From the NCBI GenBank assembly GCA_010015585.1, contig ML975186.1: DNA of 64,000 bases. One strand, 5' to 3'. Shown here piece by piece: positions 46,617 to 60,400 of this stretch (position 1 is its first letter; every line of letters starts with the position of its first letter). The position numbers and the translations under genes were made by a program. This stretch comes from Eremomyces bilateralis CBS 781.70. Its lineage: Eukaryota. Under the pieces are notes generated by a model. That model saw only the letters and a program-made list of their open reading frames with translations. It did not search any database and was not told where the DNA came from.

Positions 46617-49600
46617 ATGCGTGCTTGTCGCTCGTGTGAAAGAGTGTTGCCCACCTTCAGAACCCGGCCTCTCTATCGATTGCGCCGACCTCCCTATTCC
46701 CCTCTATCCGGTTCGCATTCTGTTCGACCTTACTCCGACCTTCCATCCACACAAAATGATACCCAAACACCCAAGTCGCTTTCCGGTACGCAACTCTTCG
46801 ATCCTCGCGGAGTGGCCGACCAACTGATTGTGTCCCCCAGTCCCCACCACCCCTCGATATAATCCGATAGGCGTCGAACAACTCTCCTCCCACCTCCACT
46901 CCCAGCTGTTTCCCACCCCGTCGTCCCCACCGTCCGAAGAACTAGTCGAAATCTCCAAAGCGCATCTACGCGCCCACGATCTACTGGGGAAAAACGTCAA
47001 AGATGCCGACGCCCGCCCCATTTCCTGCGATCTCCCTCCCCTGCATGGCGCCTCCGTGGACGAGCACTTCTACAAGTTGGGGATGGATGCCGCGGAACCC
47101 TACCTGAGCATTTCGCAGAAATTCGCACGCGCAAATGCGCCCCCGAAGCCGCGGAAATGGGCCCGGCGATCCGGATGGACGAAGTACCTTCCGGACGGCA
47201 GTTGGGAGCCAGTCGATGCTCCGGAAGGCGATGCGATTGTTTTTGATACCGAGGTGATGTGGAAGGAGTCGAAGTTTGCGTGTTTGGCCGTGGCAGCCTC
47301 GCGCTCCGCGTGGTTTGGCTGGATGTCACCCTGGCTGTTAAAGGAGAGCGAATCTGATCAGCATCTCATCCCGCTGGGGGATACCAGTGTGCCTCGAATC
47401 ATCGTTGGACACAACATCGGTTACGACCGTGCCAGGACCTTGGAAGAATACAGTTTACAGCAGTCCAGTAATTTCTTCATAGACACCATGAGCCTGCATG
47501 TTGCTGTCAATGGGATGTGCTCCAGGCAACGACCGACCTGGATGAAGCATCGCAAGGATCGAGAACTCCGGGATAAGATGGCGGAATCAGATGATGCGTC
47601 GGATCTATCCGTAATGATTGAGTCTGGCATGAGTCAAGAGGAGGAAGAGCTTTGGGTAGGAAGAAGCTCAATGAACTCACTCCGAGAGGTTGCTCAGTTC
47701 CATTGTGGGATCGCTGTGGACAAGTCCAGGCGAGAGTATTTCGGCGAACTGGACAGGGATGGCGTCCTCGAACGACTTGACGAACTCATGGATTACTGCG
47801 CTGCAGATGTCGAAGTCACTCATATGGTGTACAGGAAAGTCTTTCCCAGCTTCCTTGAAACGTGCCCGCATCCGGTCAGCTTTGCAGCTCTGCGCCACCT
47901 CTCCACGGAGATTTTACCAGTTAACAAGAGTTGGGAGACATACATCGCCAAAGCCGATGAAAAGTACAGGGAGCTCTCTGGAGCTGTCACCGACAGGTTG
48001 CGAAAGCTGGCGCAACGGGCGGTGAACATGAGAAAAAGGCCCACAGCTTATGAGTCGGATCCTTGGCTTTCACAGCTTGACTGGTCCGGCCAAGAGATCA
48101 AGTATTGCAAACCGAAAAAGGCGGGTGAAACGCCGCGACCAATGGCGAGACAAAAGGCTCCCGGTATGCCCAAGTGGTATAAAGATTTACTACCGACGTC
48201 AGCCGCTACAGAGCCAGTCCTGACGGTCCGGACGCGTGTCGCTGCTCTCCTACTCCGGTTATCCTGGGATGGATTTCCGCTCGTGTGGAGCGATAAATTC
48301 GGCTTCGTCTACAAGGTGCCATATGAGAAAGCGGCGCACCACGCGGAAAACGGGGCAACCGAATGCAACATGGTAGAAGATGAGAATATCTCTCTACAAG
48401 ACGACGTGGAGCATAGATACTTCAAGTTGCCCCATAAAGATGGTCCAAGTGCGCGGTGCGCGAATCCTCTAGCAAAAGGATATCTCCCATACTTCGAGAG
48501 TGGGAGGCTGAGTAGCGAATATTCATACGCTAAAGCCGCGCTGGAGATGAATGCGAGCTGCAGTTACTGGATCAGTGCAAGAGACCGCATCATGTCCCAG
48601 ATGGTGGTCTATCTATCGTCACTCGACGAGAACCCCAAATCCAAGCGAAAGCGGAGCAAATCCACCACGACTCGACGAAAGAAGGTCGACCCGAACGACA
48701 TTGGTATCATCCTTCCACAATTGATTCCGATGGGGACCATCACCCGACGATCCGTTGAGAACACCTGGCTCACGGCTTCCAACGCGAAGAAGAACCGCGT
48801 CGGGTCCGAACTCAAGTCCTGCGTCGTCGCTCCACCAGGATATGCCTTCGTCGGCGCCGACGTTGACAGTGAAGAGCTATGGATCGCCTCGCTGCTTGGA
48901 GATGCGCAATTCGGCTTGCATGGCGGCGGCGCGTTGGGCTTCATGACCCTCGAAGGCGAGAAGAAAGCAGGGACGGACCTCCACTCGCGCACGGCATCGA
49001 TTCTTGGAATCAGTCGGAACGATGCGAAGGTCTTCAATTACGGCCGCATCTATGGTGCCGGCGTGAAGTTCGCATCCACCCTTCTCCGTCAATTCAGCCC
49101 GTCGATCGCCGAGTCCGAGGCAATCGGAACGTCGCAAGCCCTGTACACGCAAACGAAAGGCAAGCGCACGATGCGTCGCGCATTGCATGACCGGTCCTTT
49201 TGGCGCGGCGGCTCCGAGTCGCTAGTTTTCAACACGCTGGAAGACTTCGCCGAGTTGACGCGACCACGCACCCCCGTCCTCGGCGCCGGGATCACCGAGG
49301 CGCTCCACAAGCGGTTCATCTCCAAAGGCGCCTACCTGACCTCCCGCGTCAACTGGGCGATCCAGAGCTCCGGCGTGGACTATCTGCACCTGCTGATCGT
49401 CGCCATGGACTATCTGATCCGCAAATTCCTCATCGACGCGCGGCTGTCGCTCACGGTGCACGACGAGATTCGATACCTGGTCGCAGAAAAAGACAAGTAT
49501 CGCACCGCGATGGCGCTGCAGGTCGCCAACATCTGGACACGTGCTTTGTTTGCCGAGCGCGTGGGGATCATGGACCTCCCGGCTGGAGTGGCCTTCTTCA

Positions 49601-50244
49601 GTGCTGTGGACGTCGATCACGTGCTGAGGAAAGAAGTCGATATGGACTGCGTCACCCCTAGCCAGCCGAATCCCATACCCGCGGGAGAGTCGCTGGATAT
49701 TGACCAGCTCCTTGATTTGGGCGAAGTAGCCATGCTGCAGCCTCCCTCAGCAGAGGTACGCAGCGCCGAAACCCGCGCCACAATGCAACCTCCCAACCCC
49801 GACCGCTTCCCCTACGAACCGACCGCCCCCGTCATGCGTGAGCTGGCCTCGCAGAAATCCACCGCCGTCCGCCTCGCCTACCTCCGCGCCCAGGTCTGCG
49901 AGTCCGACACCGAGCTGCGCCAGATCTTACAAGAGCTGCGCCTCGCCGAGAAAGACTCAAGTCGACACCCATCGTTGGCGTCCGACGAGTTCTCGGCCGT
50001 CGATCCGCAGAATTTAAAGCAGGGGAAGACGGCGAAACCGCGGAAGAGGGCGAATAAGAGCGGGCGGAACGCTGGCGCCGCTCGTAGTGTCGGTGAGAGC
50101 GACGGGAAGGGGTATAGCAATTATGTGCAGAGCGCGACGCTGGTTCCGGTGGATTTGCCCGAGTCGATGGGCGTGCAGGGACATGTGCACAACGGGTTTG
50201 CCGGATGGCGAGGGTATGGGCACAATGGCGTTCATGTGCGGTGA
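46617..50244 (+). CDS. MIP1: Mitochondrial DNA polymerase gamma
   Basis: Arg-rich presequence exon 46617-46785, intron 46786-46840. Exo motifs FDTE, GHNIGYDR, DYCAADV. Pol motifs VGADVDSEEL, AKVFNYGRIYGAG, TVHDEIRY. Confidence 0.97.
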
Positions 50245-51007
50245 TGGTGCTACTGTTGCGTTGCTGTCGCGCATTTCCCGGAGTTCCGGATGTTGGATGG
50301 GGAGTCTCCGCGGGACGGTTCGGGCATATTGTGTGGATCTTTTTACAGGATTGTGTGATGTTCGAGGGATAGTAGACGCCCTTGCAAACAGATATGATTT
50401 ATAGTCGGCGTAATCATAGCCTAATAGCTTATTCTTGTGATATTCTTTTATCTTCTCAGTGATCTAACTTAATCAAGTCGTTGAAATTAAGCAGGGCATA
50501 CAGTCCCTAGTTAGGGAGCGGGCCATATTAGCTCATCGGAATTAGGCACGGTGATAAAGCTAATATATGATTGTGCGGCATCTAGTTTCATGTGGAGAAG
50601 AACCATTTCTGCCACTTGAAGCGAGTCAGCGAGTGATGTACTGTTGAGACATCATACCCGAAACAGCCGCGATGCCTCAACGGGTCATCATGACGCTGGG
50701 CTTGAATCGAGTATCAAGGTCAAATGGTTTTCAAAAGCACAAGTCCGGCAGAACAAACGAAGGATATAATCGTAATTTGGGCATTTATTCTGTTGTCGTC
50801 TCTATCAGACTGTATCAGAAACTATCCTGGGACATAATAATAGTTAGGGGTATTGTGATCTAGCTTCTATTGGCATCGATCTATATTGGCCGTCAATCGC
50901 GGCAAGGTGTCAATATTCACACCGGAAACCCCGTCCAGATGAACCTTCCATAACTCCAAATCCAAACCAAACTCCAGAGGCAGTGTCTCGTTGATCATGT
51001 CATCGCT

Positions 51008-52350
51008 TTAACCATCAATTGCGTTCTCTTGTCGGTAGGCTTTCGCCTTGGCCAACTTTCTTGCCTCCAATGCCATCGCGTGCTTGACGGCGCCTAACAC
51101 ATTGTCGACTGTTGCCTTAGGTTGGAAGCGTGGCTCGGTGCCTTCTTGATATACGCCAGTCCGTACTAAGATCGAGTACCAATTGTTGTCTGAGGTTTCG
51201 TTGTACTCGTTGGTGCCGCGGATATCCGACTCAGGCGTGTCTCCGACGAAGTAGACCGTCTCCGGTGGCGAGTCGATGGCGTGGGTGTCCTTCCGCCATT
51301 GCTGCAGCAGACGGGTCGCGAACTCGAAGGTTCCGAGCTGCGGCTTGCCAAAGGCGGTGGTCTGGAGCTCCTTGCCGGTCACGGCCTTGAACATCGCCTC
51401 CAGCGATACGCGAAGCGCGCCCATGCCGATACGGGTCAGGTCATGCGAAGCGCTCCAGACGACATCGTTGTGGGAGAAGAATACCGGGGGGCCTTCGTCG
51501 AAGTTCTCCGATCGGGTTCCCAGGCGGCCGTTCTTGCTCATCAGCAGGTCGAGGATGATCTGTTGATCGGCAGCCCAGTCGCGGCTATCGGCGAAGACGA
51601 AGATGGCGTCGATCTCGGTCTCGCCGAAATTTCGGGCCCTGGAGTTTCTAAATTCCTCGTTCGTGAGTCGCCGGAAGGGGGTAGTGTCGGCATTGTCTTT
51701 GATGATGTCACCGGGTGTGACGACGTCTTTGAATCCGTAACCTTCCGCAACCTGTCGACACTTCTCTCCCTCGCCGCCGACGACAAGGACGGTGTGATAT
51801 CGCTCTGCCATTTCTCTCATGGGAGTATGGCCGCAGATGAACTGCCCCGGCGAGACCTCTTGCTGGAGCTGCTTGCTAAGTTGTACGCAACGCTCCTGTT
51901 CAGTCTTTCCACCGCCGTTTGTGACGAAGATGTATGGCCTGGGAAAGGTTAGACAATGTCTGTGTCGTGGAGCGTAGATGCCATGACTTACACTTTGATG
52001 CCATACTCATTCTGTCCATTGAGAGTCTTCATTGCCTCGATAGCCTCGGGAATGACCGTTCCACCCCGAATGAGGACACCGTCAATGTCGAACGCCAGAG
52101 CGAATTTGTCGGTGACAGCCGTTTCCATCGCTTGTTCAGGGGTTGAGGTGTCCGATCGAAGCTCATCAACCTCCTCTCTTGCGAGAGCCATGGCGTCAGC
52201 CACCTCGCTCGCACCGGATGGGGCCATGAGGTGTTTCGGGGGCATGACCACGGTCGGACCTTGGATAAGGTCCTCTCGGGTTGCCTGGATAGAACTGAGT
52301 CGACGGGCATGGTGTTGCGAGTTCGACGACGATTTGAAATGGGTCGGCAT
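51008..52350 (-). CDS. HAD-superfamily class IIA hydrolase, CECR5/HDHD5-like
   Basis: FALAFDIDGVL, V/PYIFVTNGGG, FGKP, YFVGDTPESDIRG and LVRTGVY. Intron 51939-51991. Confidence 0.93.
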
Positions 52351-55186
52351 CTTGACAGATTCTTTCGCGAAGGAAAGGGCGAAAGTAGAGAATACTCAAG
52401 GCGGAAGCAGCTAATGAGAGAACGATTGCTGCTTAGATACAGCAAGATAAAAATAGACGATATGTAAATTGATACGTGTATATATGAAGAGTTATCTTGT
52501 TACTCGAGGATTTGGAAGATCAGCGAAAGGGTCTTGAGCGGTCGCCAGAGCCCTTTTATGTCTATGGTCATTCCGCTTGTTTGGGGAAGCATCTTCTTCC
52601 ACAGTTGTTCATCCTCGAATGTGTGGAACCATGGGGTCTTGAATGCATGGAGAATGGTTCCCAGATTTCCCGATGAACGAGGGTGATGCAGATGAAATTT
52701 GGTACCCTAAGCCCATCCATCGCTCAGTGGAATGATTGCAGCCAACAGGGAGGCCGGTCGGCAATCTCTGGACGGTATACTCGGAAACAAGCGAAACGAT
52801 CCCTGGTTCGGGTCCTCTGTTGGCCAAAGTGACCAAGAGATGAAGTGAAGAAAGAGTGGAGCGAAAGTGTGCAGACGAGAATGTTTAGGAGGGGGAGGAT
52901 GATGATGAAGTGGACTATGACGTCGAAGTACCTGCTGAGGATTCAACCATTTCAATCCTTGCCGGGTACCTGATACCTCTCATTCGCCCGGAATGACGGT
53001 ATCTCGGAGGTATTGTAACCCATGTGGGTACTGAGCCATGTTGCAGTTGCAGTTGCAGCAGTTCCATACGCCATCCGGTAGTACGTTACCAGTGGCGAGG
53101 TGCTTGTGTTTGAGGCATTGCGTCTTGTTGGGCACCGGCGTGTATTTTACCTGCATACTTAATTCCCCGTGTCCCCGCGATTGATGCAGTTGGTAGAGGA
53201 TGTATTGTGCGGAGAGAGGGAAGTCGATATCGAGAAATGGCTCCCGGCTTGCGGGCCGCACAGGAGGATTGAGGCTTTTGAGGCTTGCTGCGCGTGGTAG
53301 CCGAAGACAATCCACCTCCTACGTCACACTGGAATTCAGCTGTCGTTTCAGCTACGAGATGAGCCAAGGGAAATTGGGTATTTAGGTCGGCTCCGAAGGG
53401 TCCGACTAACTACGAGCAGTAAGTCAGTAACAGAACCCCACGAGATCGACAAGAGAGCCTGCAGCCAGGCACTTTGCCGGTACGTTGAACATCAGATAGG
53501 AAGAGGAACGAAGCGGAAGATATCCATCGCTCCATGGTTTCTGCAGCTGCGGCTGACATTTACCATAGACATCGAACATCTGATTACCCTGTCCGATACT
53601 GGTAGGCTTCATAGCTACGTAAGAATGAATGACTCTAAGAAAGTCGAAAGGGAAGTAGAAATCACACTTGAGGGGGGTAGATTGGTTCATGAGGGGTTCT
53701 CACTTCTCAGGTTCTGCAAGGTCAACCCATGGTCGATTGTGATTATCGAATGTTTCATTGGCCTCATTCTAATCTGTTTAACTCGGTTGAGTTTAGACCG
53801 CATCATGCCGTCTGCTAATTTCCTGATGCTGACATGCCTGCCCTGTAACTACCAAGTAGATAACTACTAGATAGGTAAGTTATCTATGATCTATCCGACT
53901 ATCATGCTAATCGCTACTCTACAGGGAGTCTACACACTGCAGCTCGCGAAGCCAGCATGTTCTGATATTATCACCTCCTCAAAGTCCTCGAAGTCCTCAT
54001 GGCTCATATGAATAATGCTGTCGATTAATAATAGGCTCCAGGTCTCCCAGCGCTCACAGGACGGATCATCTCACATCTTCCACCGTTCGATATAGACCTG
54101 CAGTGCTAAATATTAGCGGTACGGTAGCTCTGTACTCTGTACGATATGCAGGCTTTCCGGACACAGCCCGCCTTAGTCGCTTGAAGCCTTTGGTCATATC
54201 TTGACTTCAAGCCCCCACGTGAGGAGCCTCATTGGTTGCGGTTCGTATTAACCTTTCCGGTGCGCCGAGTGCGTTGTTGAGGTGCTTTGTGCTGCATCAA
54301 CCAGACCGGTAAGTGATCACATCAGCGCAGGAGACGTATCCTCGACAGTCCCTTGAGATGCCGCAGCCTCACATATACCGGAAGACACATGTGATGTCGA
54401 TCCTGTCCTCCATTAGAGTGCTCCTGGAGAACCTCCTTCGCCCTCGGCTTGAACATAAAGGTGAAAGAATGCACGAATCCCCGTGAGTTGGTCTATCCCA
54501 GTATTTGAAGGCAGGTTGACATCAGAATATCCCATGCCAATGTCCGAGACCGCTATAAATTCGGAAGGAAATCATCGTTTGTGTGGTTGATGCATCCAGT
54601 ACGGGATGTCGCCATCCCTCGGAAATGGCCGGAAAATCGAGTCATCATGGAACTTAAATGCTGTCGTGATGCTCCCTTAAAGCGATGGTGAAGAAAGATG
54701 GCATGTTCCGCAGGAAGCGCCGGAATCGACCAACATTGCTGCAATCAAACATCCTCTCGGATTCTACAGTAGACCTACGACTCTGGCAAATAAAAATCTG
54801 GATTCAGTGTTCCGAGCCTAGAATTACCGTACCAAGAGGCTGATGGTGTAGGTGACTATACAGTGTGCTAGACAGGACAAGACGCAGACACCCATCACGA
54901 GAAAGCGATGATATATTCCCGATGTTGTCAAAACCATATATACTAACCGAATGAATCGACTTATCAAAATCGCAGCCAATAAGACAAGGTATTGTTTGAA
55001 TTGCAACGATGTCTGTGTGGAGGTTTTCTACTGTGAGCCTCACGATCATGTGCCCGTCGTCAGGCACCCAACGCTTATTTTGACCACACTTGACTTTGTT
55101 GCTATTTCGCTCTCTCTATGAATGAATGAATCTTGGTCTTTGCCCTGGCCTCCGTACACAGTTCTATAATTCCTGGAAAACGCAAC

Positions 55187-57481
55187 ATGAACTGGGTAGG
55201 TGGGAGGCTTCGCCGCCATTCCAAGGCAAACTCAAACACCGCGAAAGCGAGGCAGCGTGAGTATTTCGCGAAACAGAAAGGCAAGCTCGGCACGGAGTCG
55301 CTTTCATACTTCGAGAATTTCAGGCCCGACTTTCTACCTCCGGACAAGGCATCATCGCAATGGCAAGGTCGGCAGCAAAAGCTTGAAGAGTTTGAGTCAG
55401 TCGCTCCAGTTGTCAAACGGCTGATCTCCATGACCCCAAGAGTCACTGGAACCAGTAAATCTCACGGCCCTAAAAATTCGCTTCAAGGCAAGCTTGATCT
55501 GCGCTCAAATCATGCCGAGAGCGCCAACATAGCGGACAGACTTCAACACCAAGTGGTACCTCGGGCATCACCCTCAGGGAAGCTTGATGTTTCAGACGAG
55601 CACTCGAATCCAGGGGAGAAACTGACCAGAGAAGAATGGCTAAAAGAACAGAGAAACCGACTTCTCGCTCAAGATGATTGGGCGGGGCTTCGAGTTACCC
55701 AACCCTTACGCATGGCGTTCGTCTCGGACGCAGAGCGATCGATGATTGGGAAGCGTCGGAAGATTAACGGCGATGGCATATCGATGTTCGCCAAAAGACA
55801 TCTCAAGCAAGCAAATACCACAACTCCTGAGCCGACTCTAATACAGACACATACGAATACTCACCACGGCGGGGACAAGGGAGACATCATTGTACGGATT
55901 GGCACGAATGCCTTGGACAGCACTCAACACAGTTCTCGTCCAAACTCATTGTCATTCGATCCTTTCGAATCACCAGACTCTATGCTTCTGGACCATGAGG
56001 CGAAGCCTTCTTCGACTCCATTGAAGAAAAAAATGCTTGACGTCAGAACTAGTATCCAACAAAGAGAGTTCCACCCCCAAATGGAAGACACGTTCAGAGA
56101 CGACGACTTCCCCATGCAGCCGCCACCAAGTTCTGTCTCCTGGGTGCATACCCAGTATTCACCTACTCCGTATGCACAGAATACGCCTCCATCGATTTAT
56201 GCGAGAGCCCCCGCTTCAGTTCCAATCTTCACTAACGCATATCTGCCTAACGACCGGCCATATACTGGCTACGCAGTGTCAGAAGAGGAAGATGATGATA
56301 GGGTGATCAATCCAGCTTCCCAAAACTACCCAAATATGCTAACAGAAGCTCAGTGTGCGGAAAATGCGCCGGCATGTGCACCGGAGCGATTACCCTTTGG
56401 GATTGACGCGCCCGTTCTCCCTGTTGACAATCCTGTCACTCCTGCTGCGCGGGCCCTCTCAATCATCACAATCTCAAGCACTACAAGCAGTGATTTGACG
56501 TATGCTGACAACCAATCAATTGGCAATGAGGCTGTTGGCAATATGCAGTGGGAATATGTACTTGGGGTTCCTCAAGGCAATGGTATTGCGACCATAGGGG
56601 GCAAATCAGGGGCAAACGAGAACGATTCGCAAACAGCTAATCCAAGCGGACACCAGCATAGGACAAAAACGCGAGCGCCTCATGAAGGTAATCCAATCTT
56701 GCATGAGTCTCAATCAGCCCTAGAACAACTGGACTAATACGGCACAATAGGAACTGAGGCCGGCCAGGGAGGCAAGGAGACTGACCAGAAACGTGAGCGG
56801 GAAAGGAATGAAATAGAAGAAGAAGAATTGTGGAAGCGTTTCGTTTTCGGGTCCGAGCTAGACAGTCGGCAATCCCCAACGGGAAAGGGGGCCAATGTGG
56901 AAAGGCAGGAAGAGCAGGATATGGGAATCAAGAAACATCAGGAGTCCTCCCTCACTGTGAACGTGGGTACGAGTTCTTCAAATTCGATTCTGTTTATCCA
57001 GCCATCGACACCACGAAGCAACGCAGCTACAAAGGCCTCAGAACCACTGAACACCAGTGTTGACTCCAGCTGTGCGCAGGAACGGGAACACCAGGACAAC
57101 TCTGCATCCTTTGTCACCGGAAAACTTCCACAAGCTGGATCTGTGTCATTCATTAGCTCTTTTGCAGCCAGTGAGTCGAATCAGGGGTCTAACGGCGGTA
57201 TTGATGCTCAGTCACGAACTGGTCAGCTTTCGTCCAAATGCCGTAGTCCACTGGAAATGCTACCGTCGCATTCACATTACCAGAATATGAAGTGGAAACG
57301 GCCGCAGCAATTCTCATCTGACCTTGAGCCGTCTAAATCTCAGGGCTTCACGGAACTGGTTTCGAACAGCCATCATGGCGCCCATCCGCCACGTCCATCA
57401 GCCTTCCAATACTTCCCTGGTCGTCCTGAGCATTCCAAGCCTCGGCCATTGATTGAAGTTGCGGAGGATATTGAGGAGTGA
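55187..57481 (+). CDS. Mostly disordered protein with N-terminal MNWVGG...RQREYF motif; putative HEIP1/REDIC1(C12orf40)-like meiotic crossover factor
   Basis: MNWVGGRLRRHSKANSNTAKARQREYFAKQK, plus RNRLLAQDDWAGL and ELWKRFVFG islands. The two ORFs are in frame and joined by a 63-nt intron 56688-56750 (GTAATC...CTAAT...TAG). Confidence 0.7.
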
Positions 57482-60400
57482 GAGATCCTATTCGATGTCT
57501 GACGAAGGTGGAACCTCCTAAGCATACCCACGCAATATCAAGCTCTAAATTCATCCGCGTTGTCGTTGAGCATTATCTTACCCAAGTTAAGTTATTATCT
57601 ATCTAGTTAGTGATAAAGCTAAGATCCGGGTCCGGTCGGGAAATTAGCATATATAGTAGTCAGCACAGTCTTGTTCTTGCAGATCGAGTTTAACATGTTT
57701 TTCAGTCATTTCAGATAAATTCTTTCGAGTCGTCGATCTTGTTCATAGCTGCTGTTTTAATGTTGTAAGCCACAAAATCATAGCTTCGACACAACCCATA
57801 TTCCGGGGTAGCTGGTTTCTGGACGGCTTCGTTTGGATGCCATGCGATCTCACCTGCTTCTAGGACTTGGACATCGATCGTCGTACCGTAGTCCTCAAAA
57901 GTTTAGGAATAGGAAGGTGGCAGGAAATGCGCCATCGATCTTCATATTGACCTCTTAACGAAAAGTGAGGTGAGCTGCTGAGGCCTGACTGTGCTCCTTC
58001 TTCAATGGGGCCCTCCAAGCCGCGATATTTTACTCGTACCAGCTGGGAATGACGCCTTCCCAGCGTCTAGGTATACCACGGTCTGGCCTCTGGCTTGAGC
58101 GAGAATGCATCCTGCAAGTCTATTCGACATCTGGTTACTCGGAGACGGCTCGAACCGACCCATAAACGAGGAGGTCCGAGCCTTACCCGATTGCTTGTTT
58201 TTCCACGCTCGGTCACAGGACACCGACATCTCAATATCGCCGCATTCAAGTGCCGAAAGATAAGACAAGAATTTCGCGACGCCTGCTGCGGCTATGCCAA
58301 TAAACATCCGACAGTCCAAACAAAGTCAGGGAAGCTTGATCCTTGCAAAAAAAGCCTTCCATTGCGGCGTCCCAACCTTCCGGTTCCGCAAGTGAATCGA
58401 TAGAGGAACGTTGCTGTGCCATACTGAGGATTCATAGGATTGCCGCTACTGTCTACGCATCCTTTCGCTGACAGAACCCCGCATCGTGCGGATAGCGTAG
58501 GCAGCTTTCATGCACATCAACATTGTATTCAAATCGTCTCAGCCTTGAACGTTGGTAGACATTCATAGCTCGCCCTGCATCCTGAGAGCGGAAGCCGGCA
58601 AAGGCGGGTGTTGTGAACATGAATGACACTTGCTTCGTATTCATCCGCAGTTGACTGCGGGACAGCGGTGGGGGATACGTGGATGCGGCATGTCAGCCAT
58701 GGATTCCGCGAATAATCCTGTATGTTATGGGATTTAGCGCACAGCGGTCCTGAATCGAATAGGTCATATATCCTAGTTGTTTCTTTAAACTGCCAGGTCA
58801 ACCGTCGTGCAGGTAACCTCCTGAAGACTGGTGAGTTCAAAGATGGAGTCGGATATGCATGTCTCAGAGCGGGAGTAGCGGAGAGGCCCAGGTGTTGCAG
58901 ATGTCGTGCATATCGAACTCTTGCAAATGTGGGGTGATCGGACAATGTCGTAGGGAGTGGAATGTAGATGGATCTTTGGCAAGGGTATGCCCTCATCCGT
59001 GTCCTTACCCGCGTGTCACCCTGACTCTGACGTTCGAACACCGAACAGGGCATCATGTTCAATATTTTGAAGCGATCCAAAGTTGATAGATGACCCGAGC
59101 AGGCTCGAGGCTTTGGTGAGGCGTCCCCAAAGTCCAAACGGTTTACAGGGCGTTTGGTTGCAATTTGCTCCTGTAGGCTAACCGAGTACTGCGGCTACAA
59201 TGCGTCTCCGCCTGGGCAGATAAGAATTGGCCTGCAGCCAATCCTTGGTGGAATGAGAAACATCCTCGCTCTTTCTATCCGCGGTGTTGGTTTCCAAAAT
59301 ATTGCCCCCGGAATCATCTGTTTGAGTATATCCCGAACTTGATTGGGGCGAATACTGTCCGCGGAGCGACAGGAACGAGGAATTGGTCGAATGCATGAAA
59401 ACATACCATCGATAATGGTTTATCCAACTACAGGATATTGACGCCATCCCCAGAGTTGCGCTATGGGGTATTAACTGTTTTCTTTCCCTGCTTTCTTTGC
59501 CCCGCCGTGCTCACATACTATATAGGTGCACAAGATATCGGACCATTTGGAGTGAAAAGGTGACATTGGAGTCATGTGAGAAGCCGAATCTGCACGAAAT
59601 CATTTGGGAGCGTTTAGATTCCGCATCTGCTTTACCATAGGACACAACACAGCCTATGAACAAGAGAAAATGCATAATTCTAGCTATAATGCGTATTACG
59701 AAAGGGTCAGAATCCTCGGCATGGAATCTAGTTATTCTAGCTTCATCTTAGAGTCCCGGCGTCGGAGAGCGTTTCGCATGCTGACGTGGTAAGTCCGAAG
59801 TATAATCTATGATATCAGATTGCACATCCCGGGTCGGGCGGATGCGATATTAGTATCCTGAAACGTTGTGACCTGCGAGAACTGAGAAGGCTTTGTACTG
59901 TTTGGAGTCCCTGGTTCCTGTCGATCATCGTACGTTTATTTTCCGCTGGTGCCGGATGCTCACATCCAATTCGAGCCGGATATGGGGTGCCGTAGTGCTC
60001 GCATGGCGGACGGCAGAGCATAACGAAATGTGAAACTTCCCTAGGTTGCAAAGACCAAAGAATCCGATCGGACTTGCCTCTAATAGATGCTCCATTTCCG
60101 CGGCGGTGGCTTGAGGATCGTATTTCGTATAGTAGCCACGTCCTGAGTCGTGTGCCATGGTTATGGCCTGATCCTCATCTCCCAAACGTTTCAAAAAGGA
60201 GACGTCTATTAAGGGATATGACGATTGACGAAGGTCCTTGCTGCCCCTCCCGTGGAAAGTTTCGCAGAGCCCATCACGCCGTAGGCATTGTATCGAGCTA
60301 ATCGGAGAAAAAAGTAGGGAGGCGGTGCTACTGGTGATCCTCCGCTGGCAATATGTCCGAGCCTCCGAGGATTCACGATGATGATGCTCAGTGGGACCAT

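Noticed and set aside
52500..52540. TPP riboswitch-like CAGCGAAAGG
   Set aside because: Lacks the CTGAGA and TTGAT...GATAA elements, and the neighbouring gene is not thiamine-related.
53360..53445. RNase P/MRP- or SRP-like RNA (GGGAAATTGGG, ACAGAACC, small stem-loop)
   Set aside because: No complementary P4 partner or other conserved regions could be assembled.
54490..54660. Box C/D snoRNA on the minus strand (ATGATGA ... CTGA)
   Set aside because: No convincing terminal stem or recognisable rRNA guide. Such short boxes arise by chance.
56735..56737. Premature TAA splitting the 55187-57481 gene
   Set aside because: It overlaps the branch site (ACTAAT) of a plausible in-frame 63-nt intron, 56688-56750.
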